64,000 nucleotides of DNA from contig BPGT01000001.1 of assembly GCA_026003175.1 (NCBI GenBank), forward strand, positions 408,839 through 472,838, read 5' to 3'. Of the stretch, positions 27,535-37,430 are shown piece by piece. Source of the DNA: Armatimonadota bacterium. GTDB taxonomy: Bacteria; Armatimonadota; HRBIN16. The position numbers and the translations under genes are program-made. The notes under the pieces are model-generated. The model did no database searches. It saw only the letters and a list, made by a program, of their open reading frames with translations, and was not told the origin of the DNA. Numbering within the stretch: position 1 is the first letter of the stretch; each line of letters starts with the position of its first letter.

Positions 27535-28421
27535 GGTGTGTCTCCTTTCAACCTTTCTTCAGGCAGCAGATAGTGTGCCTGCCAGCCCAGCTCACGTTCT
27601 ATTTTCGTGGTGCTGTATAGTGCCTGCCTGCCTTCGATTCTTTCCGCCAGGGGTAACCACTGAGGCAGAAAACGGGCAACGAGGTCTCGTGTGGCTTCGG
27701 GACGATTTGTGAGCGGCGCTACCACGTAGTAGATAGCAAAATCGGGAGCGTCTTCTGTCTCTAGCGACAGCCGAAACGCCTCTGCTGCATCCACTGAGTG
27801 GACATAGTGCCACGTGCTGACGAGATACCCTTCGTGGTTCGGGTGCTTCAACTGCTCCAGCGGGCGGGGGCGATAGTGCTCGAACCAGTCGGGTCTCCAG
27901 ATAGCGCACAGACGCAGGCAATGGGTACGGATACCGTATGCGCTGAAAAAAGCACGGGCGGTGACCTCGTTCACATACTTCGACACCGCGTAATTATCCT
28001 GCGGGTCAGCAGGCACGGTTTCATCGATAGGCAGCTTCTGCAAGGGGAACCCTTTTTCTGAGATACGATAGGGTCCCAACCCCAGCGCATTGATACTGCT
28101 GGCGAAAGCCACCCGCTTTACGCCGTGCCACTGCGCCGCCTCGTACAGGTTCCATGTACCCACCGTATTCGTGGCAAAAGTATGAGGTCCCGCACCTGCA
28201 ATAGCTCCCAAATGCGCGATGGCGTCTACTCCTTCGGTGACGCGAAGGCAGTCCTCCTTATCGGTCAAATCGCCCAGCAGAAAGGGCAAGTCGCGGCGCA
28301 CATCATTGCAGTCCTCTGGCAAGGGACGGCGGTCGGTTAGCACCAATTCATGCCCTTCGTACAGAGACTGCGCCACATATTCTGCCAGATGTCCCGCTCC
28401 TCCGGTGATAAGAACTCGCAT
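27531..28421 (-). CDS. NAD-dependent epimerase/dehydratase (uronate dehydrogenase-like SDR)
   Basis: Start at MRVLITGGAGHL; ASSINA; YAVSK. The upstream part of the track ORF is antisense to the DprA-like gene. Confidence 0.88.
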   Translation of the reverse strand: MRVLITGGAGHLAEYVAQSLYEGHELVLTDRRPLPEDCNDVRRDLPFLLGDLTDKEDCLRVTEGVDAIAHLGAIAGAGPHTFATNTVGTWNLYEAAQWHGVKRVAFASSINALGLGPYRISEKGFPLQKLPIDETVPADPQDNYAVSKYVNEVTARAFFSAYGIRTHCLRLCAIWRPDWFEHYRPRPLEQLKHPNHEGYLVSTWHYVHSVDAAEAFRLSLETEDAPDFAIYYVVAPLTNRPEATRDLVARFLPQWLPLAERIEGRQALYSTTKIERELGWQAHYLLPEERLKGDTP

Positions 28422-28522
28422 AGCACATCTCCCTCCAGCGTACATCGGCAACATCTTCGCGATAGGCTTCTCTGTTCCTGCTGCAGGAGAAACTTGCTGA
28501 GACAAGGAATCACAAAAGCGCG

Positions 28523-29431
28523 ATGGCAACTGCGAAAAGAGACTGGCTACCCTCCCGCTTTGCCCTGTTGTTGACCTGCGTGCCGGGCTTGGGCGAACGT
28601 CAAATGGCGCAGGTACTGCATCAGTGGGCACGTTCTCGGGTCTCTGTGGACGAGTTGCTGTCAACACCTGCGGAAAAGCTGCAAGGGGAGTGGGGGCTAT
28701 CCGCACGGGTGGCGACTGCGCTGACAAAGCCTGACCACGCATGGTGGGAGCGTTTTGAACAACTGGACGCTCTGGTGCGCCGGCATGGGATACAGGTGTT
28801 GACCACGCAACATCGGCTCTACCCGCTTGCGCTGGAAGCCTTCTGTGAGCAACCTCCGCCGGTGTTGTTTGCCCATGGGCAGATGGGACTACTACAGGAG
28901 GGCTGGCGGTTCGTGGTAGCGTGTTCACGCGGTGCACCCCATCTGGCTCTGGAAGCGGTAGATGAAATCACCCAGCAAGCCATCCGCGAAGGTGGCGTCC
29001 CCGTCACCGGACACAACACCCCTCCCTATCAGCGTGTGGCTCTGGCAGCGATTCGGCAGGAAAAACCGTCCATCACGGTGCTGGACAGGGGATTGGTAGA
29101 GGCGCTGGGGGAAGGATTGAACCGCCCACTGTTTGCCACCGCGCGCCTGTATGAGCTGGAGTTCCGCACCGACCGTGATCTGGTGCTCTCGCCGTTTCCC
29201 CTACAGGCAGGTTGTTTGGGCTTACACAACCAGCGGCGCGATGAGCTGGTGTTCGCGCTGGCGGATGTGGTGTTCGCGGTGTGGATACGGGCTGGCGGGG
29301 TGATGGAACGGCTCTGCTTGCGAGCGAAAGAACTGGGCAAGCGTATCGAAGTGTGGAAAGCGCCCGACGGCACGTTATCGGAGGGGGTGAGGCGTCTCTT
29401 GCAGGCAACAACCACCGAGAACAAGGGATAG
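28523..29431 (+). CDS. DprA/Smf-like protein (divergent)
   Basis: VPGLGE, YPLAL...PPPVLFAHGQ..LL, LVLSPF, RRDELVFALAD, AKELGK. Lacks the canonical SGLARGID. Confidence 0.7.
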   Translation: MATAKRDWLPSRFALLLTCVPGLGERQMAQVLHQWARSRVSVDELLSTPAEKLQGEWGLSARVATALTKPDHAWWERFEQLDALVRRHGIQVLTTQHRLYPLALEAFCEQPPPVLFAHGQMGLLQEGWRFVVACSRGAPHLALEAVDEITQQAIREGGVPVTGHNTPPYQRVALAAIRQEKPSITVLDRGLVEALGEGLNRPLFATARLYELEFRTDRDLVLSPFPLQAGCLGLHNQRRDELVFALADVVFAVWIRAGGVMERLCLRAKELGKRIEVWKAPDGTLSEGVRRLLQATTTENKG

Positions 29432-29549
29432 GAGTATAATATTGGGTGAAGAGGTACAGCAAGGTACCTGAAGATGTCCTGCAATAAGCACCGCCGAGAG
29501 CCGTAAAGAGCTGCTGGAAGCCGAAAGCATGATTCTTGCCATCGCACTG

Positions 29550-29573
29550 TGGAAGGCGAGGCTCCCGCCGAGC
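29550..29573 (+). repeat. REP-like repeat family C (TGGAGGGCGAGGCTCCCGCCGAGCCG consensus)
   Basis: Similar copies at 53428-53450, 55665-55690 and 58193-58218 (minus strand). Confidence 0.7.
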
Positions 29574-29627
29574 TGTCGGTGTCCTCGGGAGGTGCGCCTG
29601 GACAGACTGTTAGCCACAGAGGAGTGA

Positions 29628-30524
29628 ATGAACACCATGTCCGCAAACGGTGAGCTGGAAAGGTTTATCAACCAGATTGTGGAAGGCGATTGTCGCGAAC
29701 TGCTTCCACAGTTGCCGGATGAATGTGTAGACCTCATTGTCACCTCGCCTCCATACGCTGACCAGCGCAAGCATATCTACGGCGGCGTCCATCCGGACGA
29801 ATACGTCGAGTGGTTTTTGCCCATTTCCGCTGATCTCAAACGTGTGCTGAAGCCTACCGGCTCCTTCGTGCTAAACATCAAGGAGCGTGTGGTCAATGGG
29901 GAGAGACACACCTATGTCCTTGAACTCATTCTGAAGATGCGCGAACAGGGTTGGCTCTGGACGGAAGAATATATCTGGCACAAGAAAAACACCTACCCAG
30001 GTAAATGGCCCAACCGTTTCCGCGATGCCTGGGAACGCTGCCTGCATTTCACCAAGCAGAAACAGTTCAAGATGTTTCAAGAGGCAGTGATGGTGCCGAT
30101 GGGCGACTGGCGTCATGCCCGCCTGCGCAATCTGAGTGAAAATGACCTGCGGCGTGACGTGTCACGGGTGGGCAGTGGTTTCGGCAAGAGAGTAGCCAAC
30201 TGGATTGGCAGAGAGCTGGCTTACCCAACGAACGTACTGCACATGGCCACCGAATGTTACAACCGCAACCACGCAGCCACTTTTCCTGTAGACCTGCCCG
30301 CCTGGTTTATCAAGCTATTCACTGAACCGGGCGACGTGGTATTAGACCCTTTCATGGGGTCAGGCACAACGGCTGTTGCCTGTGTTCGTCTGGGGCGTAA
30401 GTACATTGGCTTTGAGTGGAACCCGGAATACGTGCAGGTAGCCATCCAGAGGGTGGCGAAAGAATCGAGCCAGCCTAACCTGTACACTTTTGCCGAAGAG
30501 AGGGTGGAGTATGAACCCCGGTGA
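29628..30524 (+). CDS. site-specific DNA methyltransferase, beta class (TSPPY, probably m4C)
   Basis: DLIVTSPPY precedes H.A.FP and VLDPFMGSGTT. Confidence 0.93.
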   Translation: MNTMSANGELERFINQIVEGDCRELLPQLPDECVDLIVTSPPYADQRKHIYGGVHPDEYVEWFLPISADLKRVLKPTGSFVLNIKERVVNGERHTYVLELILKMREQGWLWTEEYIWHKKNTYPGKWPNRFRDAWERCLHFTKQKQFKMFQEAVMVPMGDWRHARLRNLSENDLRRDVSRVGSGFGKRVANWIGRELAYPTNVLHMATECYNRNHAATFPVDLPAWFIKLFTEPGDVVLDPFMGSGTTAVACVRLGRKYIGFEWNPEYVQVAIQRVAKESSQPNLYTFAEERVEYEPR

Positions 30525-31272
30525 ACTGGAGGAGCTGGTTAAGCAGGGATTGGAGCGATTTTACGAACGGCGTATCGCGAACCTTTCTCGCCTTCAATTG
30601 TTTGACGTCCTCAGACGCAAAAACCCCTATCTATTGCGCGCCGTGGGCATCTCCTCCGCCTCCGAGCTTGTACAGGACCTGTTAAAACAGCATATTCTGG
30701 CTTCTGACGAAACCATCTTTGGAGATGCCTTTGTCGAACCGATCGCCCTGGCTGTGAGTGGAGGGAAAAAGTCCTCTGCAGAGGGACTGGACATCGAGGT
30801 AGAAGATGAATCAGCTTATAAGGCGATCTCTGTGAAGTCTGGCCCGAACATTTTTAACTCCAGTCAGGTGCGCAAGATGAACGAGCAGTTTGATTCATTG
30901 CGACGACGCCTGGACCAGTATCTGCGCCAGGCGAGAAAGCATTTCGTGCCCGTTTTAGGAGCAGCCTACGGTAAGAAAGACCTGCCTCCAAACAGAAGCC
31001 GCTTCTACCGTCACATCGCTGGACAAGCCTTTTGGGAAGAGTTGACCGGTGACCCCGACTTCTATCTCAAGCTGATTCGCCTCATGAAAGATTACCCCGA
31101 AGAGCACAGGAAAAGGTTTGAACTGGAATTAAACAAAGCAACGAACCGCTTCGTACGCGACCTGTTGAATGAATTCGCTGAAACGGATGGTACGTTGAAT
31201 TGGGAGAAGTTGGTGGAGTACAACAGTGGAAAGCATCAGTGGAAACGAACGTATGGAGGCTCCAACCAATGA
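30511..31272 (+). CDS. type II restriction endonuclease, EcoO109I/PmeII-like family
   Basis: RRKNPYL, SDETIFGD..E, GLDIE, SVKSGPNIFNSSQ, GQAFWEELTGD; overlaps the MTase stop. Confidence 0.8.
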   Translation: MNPGELEELVKQGLERFYERRIANLSRLQLFDVLRRKNPYLLRAVGISSASELVQDLLKQHILASDETIFGDAFVEPIALAVSGGKKSSAEGLDIEVEDESAYKAISVKSGPNIFNSSQVRKMNEQFDSLRRRLDQYLRQARKHFVPVLGAAYGKKDLPPNRSRFYRHIAGQAFWEELTGDPDFYLKLIRLMKDYPEEHRKRFELELNKATNRFVRDLLNEFAETDGTLNWEKLVEYNSGKHQWKRTYGGSNQ

Positions 31273-32051
31273 CCATCCTGCAACAACTGGTGGAACTCTC
31301 GCACTGGCTGGGAGCGGAGCATCGCGAACTGGCGATACTGGGCGAAGGCAATACTTCCGCCCTGGCTGAGGACGATAGGTCCTTCTATGTGAAGGCAAGC
31401 GGCACCCGCTTGATGGATATCGATGAGGGCGGTTTCGTACGGGTAGACCTGCAGAAGACCCTGCACGCGCTGGAGCATGCTGAGGAGAACGACCAAGCCA
31501 CCCGCGCTGCACTGGAAGCCAGCCGCGTAGACCCCCACGAGAAGAAGATGCCCTCGGTGGAAACCTTCCTGCATGCTTACCTGCTGTCACTGCCAGGCAT
31601 CCGATTCGTGGGGCATACGCATCCGGTGGCGGTCAACGCCCTGCTGTGTTCCATGCGAGCGGAGGAACTGATTGCCGGACGCCTCTTCCCGGACGAGATT
31701 GTGGTATGTGGCATTGCCCCACTATGGGTCCCGTACACCGACCCCGGCTTGCCTCTTGCTCGTGAACTGCGCCGACGGATGGAAGGCTATGTGCAGCAGT
31801 ACGGCGTGTTACCCAAAGTAATCCTCATGCAGAATCACGGATTGATTGCGCCGGCGGAGACCCCGCAAAAAGTGATAGCCGCCACCGCCATGTACGTGAA
31901 AACCGCGAAGATACTTTTGGGTACAATGGCAGCAGGAGGACCCAACTTCCTCGCGCCTCATCACGTGGAACGGATTTATACCCGTCCCGACGAGGCATAC
32001 CGTCAGCAAATCATCGCACAGCTGCAAGCCGCACGCGAAGGTACAAAGTGA
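31269..32051 (+). CDS. class II aldolase/adducin family protein (rhamnulose-1-P aldolase-like)
   Basis: GEGNTS, VKASG, PSVETFLH, GHTHP, MQNHGL. Confidence 0.9.
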   Translation: MTILQQLVELSHWLGAEHRELAILGEGNTSALAEDDRSFYVKASGTRLMDIDEGGFVRVDLQKTLHALEHAEENDQATRAALEASRVDPHEKKMPSVETFLHAYLLSLPGIRFVGHTHPVAVNALLCSMRAEELIAGRLFPDEIVVCGIAPLWVPYTDPGLPLARELRRRMEGYVQQYGVLPKVILMQNHGLIAPAETPQKVIAATAMYVKTAKILLGTMAAGGPNFLAPHHVERIYTRPDEAYRQQIIAQLQAAREGTK

Positions 32052-32057
32052 GAAGAG

Positions 32058-33815
32058 GTGAGCCCAATGCATTCAGACAAACTGACCAGATACCGCAAGG
32101 CACAGCATCCTATCCCCCAGAAGATGCTTCGCTGGCATCTGTACGGAGCGGGGCTGGAGAATCTCGGCAGGAACGCTCAGCCCGAGGAGGTTCCCGTGCC
32201 CGAACCCGGCGACGACGAATTGTTGGTGCGCATCGACGCACTGGGGCTTTGCTTTTCCGATACGAAGGTGGTTTCGCTGGGTGAGAAACACCCCCGCCTC
32301 GTGGGACGCGACCTGCAAAAAGAGCCTGTTGTGCTGGGCCATGAGGTCTCCTGCACAGTGGTGAAAGTAGGTAAAAACCTGCAGGACCGATTCCACGTAG
32401 GGCAGCGGTTTATCGTGCAGGCAGACGTCTTCTACAAGGGCAAAAGTATCGCCTACGGCTACGTACTGCCCGGCGCAATGACCCAGTACGGCATCATCGG
32501 CAAGGAGATTATCGAGGGAGACGAGGGGTGCTACTTGCTACCTCTGCGGGATGAGGACGGTTATGTAGAAGCCGCGCTGGTAGAGCCGTGGGCGTGCGTG
32601 GTGGCGTCCTATTCCCAAAAACGTCGCCAGCACATCCGGCATGACGGCGTAGCGTTGCTCGTCATGGGCGAGCGCCTGCCGCACACCGACTTCACGCTGG
32701 GCGAGGCGGTAACGATTTCTCATCGCCCCCGGAAGTTGGTCGCCCTGAGCGCAGGTGGACAGGTGCGCGCGGAAATGGTCAGGCTAGTTGCCGATTCGGG
32801 CATGGAGGTGGTGGAGGACGAAGCCACGATAGACGCCGCACGTCGGCACGCTCCCGAAGGTGGCTACGAGGACATCCTGTGCATCGGCGAGCTGCCCCCA
32901 GAGGCGATAGAGGGCGTTGCCGACTTGTTGGCGAAAGGCGGCGTGCTGTGGGTGCTGCGCCGCGCCCCCTTCGAGCGTTGCCTGAGTCTGGACATCGGAC
33001 GCATCCACTATGATAACTTGTGGGTAGTGGGTGCGTTTAGCGATAACCTTGCCGACGCGAACGCCATCCCCCTGCGCAGTGAACTGCTGCCGGGCGGAAC
33101 CTGCTGGATAGTGGGCGGAGGCGGACCGATGGGGCAGATGCATGTGCAACGCGCGGTGCAGCTACCTCAGCCGCCTGCGCTTCTTGTGGCGACAGACGTG
33201 GACGTGGTGCGCCTCGAAGCGGTGCGCGAGCGCTTCGCACCCACAGCTGAACGACGGGGCATCCGATTCGTCACCCTCAACCCCAAAGAGTTCGAGCCGC
33301 AGGTGTTTCATCAAAAACTGCTGGAGCTGACCGAGGGCAAGGGTTTTACCGACATCGTGAACATGGTTCCGGTAGCGGAGGTGGTTGCCGACTCTGCCAA
33401 ATTGCTCGCCGATGGCGGCGTGTACAACATTTTCGCGGGTGTGGCGCGTGGCGTCAAAGCCTGTCTGGACGTGAACGCCATTTGTGGGCGCGGCGTGCGA
33501 TTCTTTGGCAGCAGCGGCTCCTCCCTGGCAGACATCCGCCTCACGCTGGAGCAGATGGAGAGCGGGCAACTGCAAACTCGCGCTTCGCTGGCAGCCATCG
33601 GCGGGATGAAGGCGGCGCACGAGGGCATTAAGGCGCTCATGGAAGCGCGCTTCCCTGGTAAGACGGTCATCTTCCCGCAAATACCCGACCTTCCGTTAAT
33701 GTCGCTGATGGAGATCAAGGAGAAGTTCCCCACCGTCTATGCCAAATTAGAAGGCGGTCGCTTCTGGACGAAGGAGGCGGAGGAGGAGCTGCTGAGGTTA
33801 TTGCTGCCGGAGTGA
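32058..33815 (+). CDS. Zn-dependent polyol/sugar-phosphate dehydrogenase (sorbose-1-P reductase-like), elongated
   Basis: GLCFSD, LGHE, LVEPWACV, VGGGGPMGQMH, GSSGS. Confidence 0.8.
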   Translation: MSPMHSDKLTRYRKAQHPIPQKMLRWHLYGAGLENLGRNAQPEEVPVPEPGDDELLVRIDALGLCFSDTKVVSLGEKHPRLVGRDLQKEPVVLGHEVSCTVVKVGKNLQDRFHVGQRFIVQADVFYKGKSIAYGYVLPGAMTQYGIIGKEIIEGDEGCYLLPLRDEDGYVEAALVEPWACVVASYSQKRRQHIRHDGVALLVMGERLPHTDFTLGEAVTISHRPRKLVALSAGGQVRAEMVRLVADSGMEVVEDEATIDAARRHAPEGGYEDILCIGELPPEAIEGVADLLAKGGVLWVLRRAPFERCLSLDIGRIHYDNLWVVGAFSDNLADANAIPLRSELLPGGTCWIVGGGGPMGQMHVQRAVQLPQPPALLVATDVDVVRLEAVRERFAPTAERRGIRFVTLNPKEFEPQVFHQKLLELTEGKGFTDIVNMVPVAEVVADSAKLLADGGVYNIFAGVARGVKACLDVNAICGRGVRFFGSSGSSLADIRLTLEQMESGQLQTRASLAAIGGMKAAHEGIKALMEARFPGKTVIFPQIPDLPLMSLMEIKEKFPTVYAKLEGGRFWTKEAEEELLRLLLPE

Positions 33816-33855
33816 GAACACCTCCTCAGAAGAACAGAGGGGGTACTTCATAGTT

Positions 33856-34214
33856 CTATTCGGGCAAACAACTTTCAGCGATGCAAAGAACAATGCTCAG
33901 TGATCTGCAAGGCGGCGCATGTCGTATTCGGAGAGCACCCCTATTTTTCTCACAAATCGCTCTTGCGCTACCGAACGCACTTGAAAGGCATCGGCTGCAG
34001 ATGTCTTCTCCGAACCATTCTCTGGGCTTGGCTCCAGATGTCCCATCCAAGGTGCCGTAGAGTAGTGCGCCTTCCACTCCGTTATGGGCACAATCACCTT
34101 GAGAGGCAAAATGCCTACTGCATCATCATTCACAATCACTGCCGGGCGCGTTTTTCGGTTCTCGGATCCGACGGTTGGGTCCAGGTTAATCAGCCAAACT
34201 TCACCCCTCTGCAT
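33856..34214 (-). pseudogene. mazF: PemK/MazF toxin; a -1 frameshift near 33901 truncates the last helix
   Basis: MQRGEVWLINLDPTVGSENRKTRPAVIV..VPIT..QVRSV. RRLAD continues as (A)LSIVL..* in the adjacent frame. As read, it stops at 33897. Confidence 0.8.
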
Positions 34215-34281
34215 AGAAATCCTCGCCGTCCAGAGATGTAAAGGCGGTCAGTTCTCTATCTTCTGTGTAGTCCGCAAGCAT
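34201..34281 (-). CDS. 26-aa acidic putative antitoxin (GTG 34293 would give 30 aa)
   Basis: MLADYTEDRELTAFTSLDGEDFYAEG*; overlaps the mazF start by 14 nt; two AGGAGG sites and TATAAT (34323-34318) upstream. Confidence 0.6.
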   Translation of the reverse strand: MLADYTEDRELTAFTSLDGEDFYAEG

Positions 34282-34348
34282 TGTGCTGGACACCTCCTGA
34301 ACCTCCTTGACGGCTGTATTATAACGCTACCAGCGGGTTCTGTCTACA

Positions 34349-35167
34349 CTATCTCCTCATCCACCACACCGTCAGCACCAGCAAACCCAGCGCCAGCCGG
34401 TACCACAGGAACAGGTTCACCGAGTGCGTGCGCAGGTAGCGCAGCAGGAAAGCAATGGAGAGATAGCCCACGACACTGGAGGTGACCACCCCTGCTGCCA
34501 TCACCAGCAGTTGCTCGCTAGCAGGAGGCGACTTCACCAGATGGCGGAACGTCCATAGCGTGGCTCCCAGGGTAATCGGCGCGGAGAGCAGAAACGAGAA
34601 CCTTGCCGCCGCCTCGCGTGTTAAGCCTAGCATCAGCCCCGCGGTGATCGTCGCTCCAGAACGCGATACGCCCGGTATTAACGCCAGCGCCTGCGCACAG
34701 CCGATCAGGAAGCCCTCGAGGGTGCGCAAAGACTCCACCGGACGCTCGCGCCTGCCAAAGCGATCAGCAAGGTATAGAATCACGCCCATCAGCATCAGCA
34801 GTCCAGCAATCAGCGCAATCCGGGTGCGGATGCTCTGCTCAATCACGTTCTCGAACAGCGCACCCGCCGCCGCACCCGGCACGCATGCCAGCAGAATCAT
34901 CCACGCCACACGGCGGTCTTCAGGGTGTGGGTTAGCAGGGCGGAACAGAGCACGAAACAGCCTCCACAAGTCATGCCGGAAGTAACCGATGACTGCTACC
35001 GTGGTGCCCAGATGGAGCGCCACGTCGAACACCAGCTTCTCCTGCGGGGTACCTTCTTGCCAGCCAAACAGCCAGGGGGCAATCAACAGGTGGGCAGAGC
35101 TGGAAATGGGCAAAAACTCACCCAATCCCTGCAGGATGCCCAGCACCACAGCTTCTATCAGGTTCAT
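34349..35167 (-). CDS. uppP: undecaprenyl-diphosphate phosphatase
   Basis: QGLGEFLPISSSAH, LHLGT, PGVSRSGATI, AARFSFLL. Confidence 0.96.
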   Translation of the reverse strand: MNLIEAVVLGILQGLGEFLPISSSAHLLIAPWLFGWQEGTPQEKLVFDVALHLGTTVAVIGYFRHDLWRLFRALFRPANPHPEDRRVAWMILLACVPGAAAGALFENVIEQSIRTRIALIAGLLMLMGVILYLADRFGRRERPVESLRTLEGFLIGCAQALALIPGVSRSGATITAGLMLGLTREAAARFSFLLSAPITLGATLWTFRHLVKSPPASEQLLVMAAGVVTSSVVGYLSIAFLLRYLRTHSVNLFLWYRLALGLLVLTVWWMRR

Positions 35168-36294
35168 GCTCTAACCACTTCCTCCGTTCTGGGTGTCAGA
35201 CGCTTTGTGCGTTGGGGAGCGATCCAGTAGCGGTGTAATACCACGCGGATGACTGCTGCCACCGGTGGAGCCAAAAACATGCCCATCAGCCCGAAAAACT
35301 GTGCCCCGATGAGCAGTACCAGGATCACCGTCACCGGATGCAGTTTTACCCGCTCGCCAATCAGGATTGGCAGGATGAGCTTGCTCTCGATAAAATGTAG
35401 CGCGGTAAAGAAAAGCAACACATGCACCGCTACCATCAGGTTATGCGGATACTGCAGCACCACCAGTAACACGATGGGTATTCCTCCCAATATCGGTCCA
35501 ATGATAGGAATAGCACGAGTGATACCTGCCAACACCGCCAGCACCAGCGTGTACTTGACACCGAGCAATCCCAGTCCGATACCCACCACCACACCAGCGA
35601 TAATACACAACAGCAGCTGCCCAATCACGTAGTTTTCCAGTATCAGGTTCGCCTGTCGCATCAGCCACAGGGCATCGCGCCACCAGCGACGAGGCACCAG
35701 CGCTACGAACTCGTGCTTGATGTTGCGCGAGTCGGTAAGAAAGTAGAACGCCAGCACCGGTATCAGCACAATCTCCACGATATGCCCTACTATCGTCGCG
35801 GTGCTTGCAATCAGACTGCTCACCCACTGACGCGACATCTCCACAATACCGCCCACGTTCTGGCTCTCTACCAGACGGCGTACATCTGGTGGCAAGGTGC
35901 TGTACCATGCCTGCACGTCCTTGACGAACTGCTGAATCTCTTGCTGGTACTGGGGCCAGTTTGTTGCCAGCGCACGGATTTCCGCCTGGAACGGGGTGAT
36001 TAACACGCGCACGCTGAGGTAGGTCAGGTAGCCGTACAGCACGAACACCGCCAGCGTAGTGAACGGACGCACTATCTTGCGCGGCACGCGCGACGGCAAC
36101 AGGCGACAGAGCAGATGAACCAGCCAGCCGGCAGGGTAGGCGAACAGCCCCGCCACAATCAAGGTGACCAGGATAGAACGAATACGCACCGCCACGTACA
36201 CCGCCAGCGCGATCATCAGCACCCGCAGAATAAACAAGCTGGCGGTGCGCGCAATGTACCGAACCCTGCTCTGCCAAGAGTGCCAGTCGTTCAT
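35164..36294 (-). CDS. AI-2E family transporter
   Basis: FYFLTD, YVIGQ, IPIIGP, E..LILP..G..V.LHPV. Confidence 0.9.
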   Translation of the reverse strand: MNDWHSWQSRVRYIARTASLFILRVLMIALAVYVAVRIRSILVTLIVAGLFAYPAGWLVHLLCRLLPSRVPRKIVRPFTTLAVFVLYGYLTYLSVRVLITPFQAEIRALATNWPQYQQEIQQFVKDVQAWYSTLPPDVRRLVESQNVGGIVEMSRQWVSSLIASTATIVGHIVEIVLIPVLAFYFLTDSRNIKHEFVALVPRRWWRDALWLMRQANLILENYVIGQLLLCIIAGVVVGIGLGLLGVKYTLVLAVLAGITRAIPIIGPILGGIPIVLLVVLQYPHNLMVAVHVLLFFTALHFIESKLILPILIGERVKLHPVTVILVLLIGAQFFGLMGMFLAPPVAAVIRVVLHRYWIAPQRTKRLTPRTEEVVRA

Positions 36295-37424
36295 GCGTTT
36301 ACTCCAAAATGAGCAAACAGCACCTGTCGGATACGCTGCGCCGCCTTGCCGTCACCGTATGGGTTCACCGCGCGTGCCATTTGCTCGTAAGCGTCCTCGT
36401 CGGTCAGCAGGCGGCTTGCCTCCTGTACAATGCGCTCGGTATCGGTTCCTATCAACCGTGCAGTGCCTGCTTCTACCCCTTCAGGGCGTTCGGTGGTTTC
36501 ACGCAGCACCAGCACCGGTTTGCCCAGGCTGGGAGCCTCTTCCTGCACGCCGCCCGAATCGGTGAGGATAAGGGTAGAATGCTGCATTAACTTCACAAAC
36601 GGCGCGTAATCGGGAGGGTCCGTTAGCAGAACGCGAGGCACGCCACCCAGTACCTCGGCAGCAGTTTGGCGCACCAGCGGGTTGCGGTGCATGGGAAAAA
36701 CTACCTGAATATCGTCAAAGCGTTCCACCAGAAGCTTCACCGCTGTACATATACGGCGCAACGGCTCTCCCCAGTTCTCGCGGCGGTGCGCGGTGAGCAG
36801 CACCGTACGCAGAGGTGAGGCCATCGCCTGTTGCAGTTGCGGGTCCGTAACGGGATAGGGTTGCTCCGCCACCATCAGCAGGGCGTCGATGCCGGTGTTG
36901 CCCGTGACCCAGATGTTTTCGGGATGGACGCCTTCCCGTAGCAGGTTTTCGCGCGCTTTGGGAGTGGGCGCGAAGTGGAAGTCAGCGATGACTGCCGCCA
37001 GCCTGCGGTTCATCTCCTCCGGGAAGGGATTGTACTTGTGGTATGTGCGCAGCCCCGCTTCCACATGCCCAAACGCCACCTGATGGTAAAATGCGGCGAG
37101 CGCAGCCACGAAGGTGGTGGTGGTATCGCCTTGCGCCAGCAATACATGCGGTTTCTGCTCCTGAAGCAGGACATCCAGCCCTTCCAGCACACGCACGGTA
37201 ATCTGCGTGAGCGTTTGACCGTGCTGCATAATGTTCAGGTCGTGATGAGGGGTGATATGGAAGAGCTGCAGCACCTGGTCTAGCATCTCGCGGTGCTGTC
37301 CGGTCGCCACTACCTTCACCTGCACGAGCGGCTCGTATCGCTGCAGTTCCAGCACGACCGGCGCCATCTTCACCGCGTCGGGGCGTGTGCCAAAGACCGT
37401 CATCACCTGCAGGGGAGATGGCAT
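36291..37424 (-). CDS. wecB: UDP-N-acetylglucosamine 2-epimerase (non-hydrolysing)
   Basis: FGTRPDAVKMAP, TGQH, QGDT, HVEAGLR, HRREN, DSGGVQEE, NPYGDG. Confidence 0.97.
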   Translation of the reverse strand: MPSPLQVMTVFGTRPDAVKMAPVVLELQRYEPLVQVKVVATGQHREMLDQVLQLFHITPHHDLNIMQHGQTLTQITVRVLEGLDVLLQEQKPHVLLAQGDTTTTFVAALAAFYHQVAFGHVEAGLRTYHKYNPFPEEMNRRLAAVIADFHFAPTPKARENLLREGVHPENIWVTGNTGIDALLMVAEQPYPVTDPQLQQAMASPLRTVLLTAHRRENWGEPLRRICTAVKLLVERFDDIQVVFPMHRNPLVRQTAAEVLGGVPRVLLTDPPDYAPFVKLMQHSTLILTDSGGVQEEAPSLGKPVLVLRETTERPEGVEAGTARLIGTDTERIVQEASRLLTDEDAYEQMARAVNPYGDGKAAQRIRQVLFAHFGVNA

Positions 37425-37430
37425 GTGTGG

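Noticed and set aside
28422..28937. N-terminal extension of the SDR ORF (468 aa in the track)
   Set aside because: It is antisense to the DprA-like gene; the real start is MRVLITGGAG at 28421.
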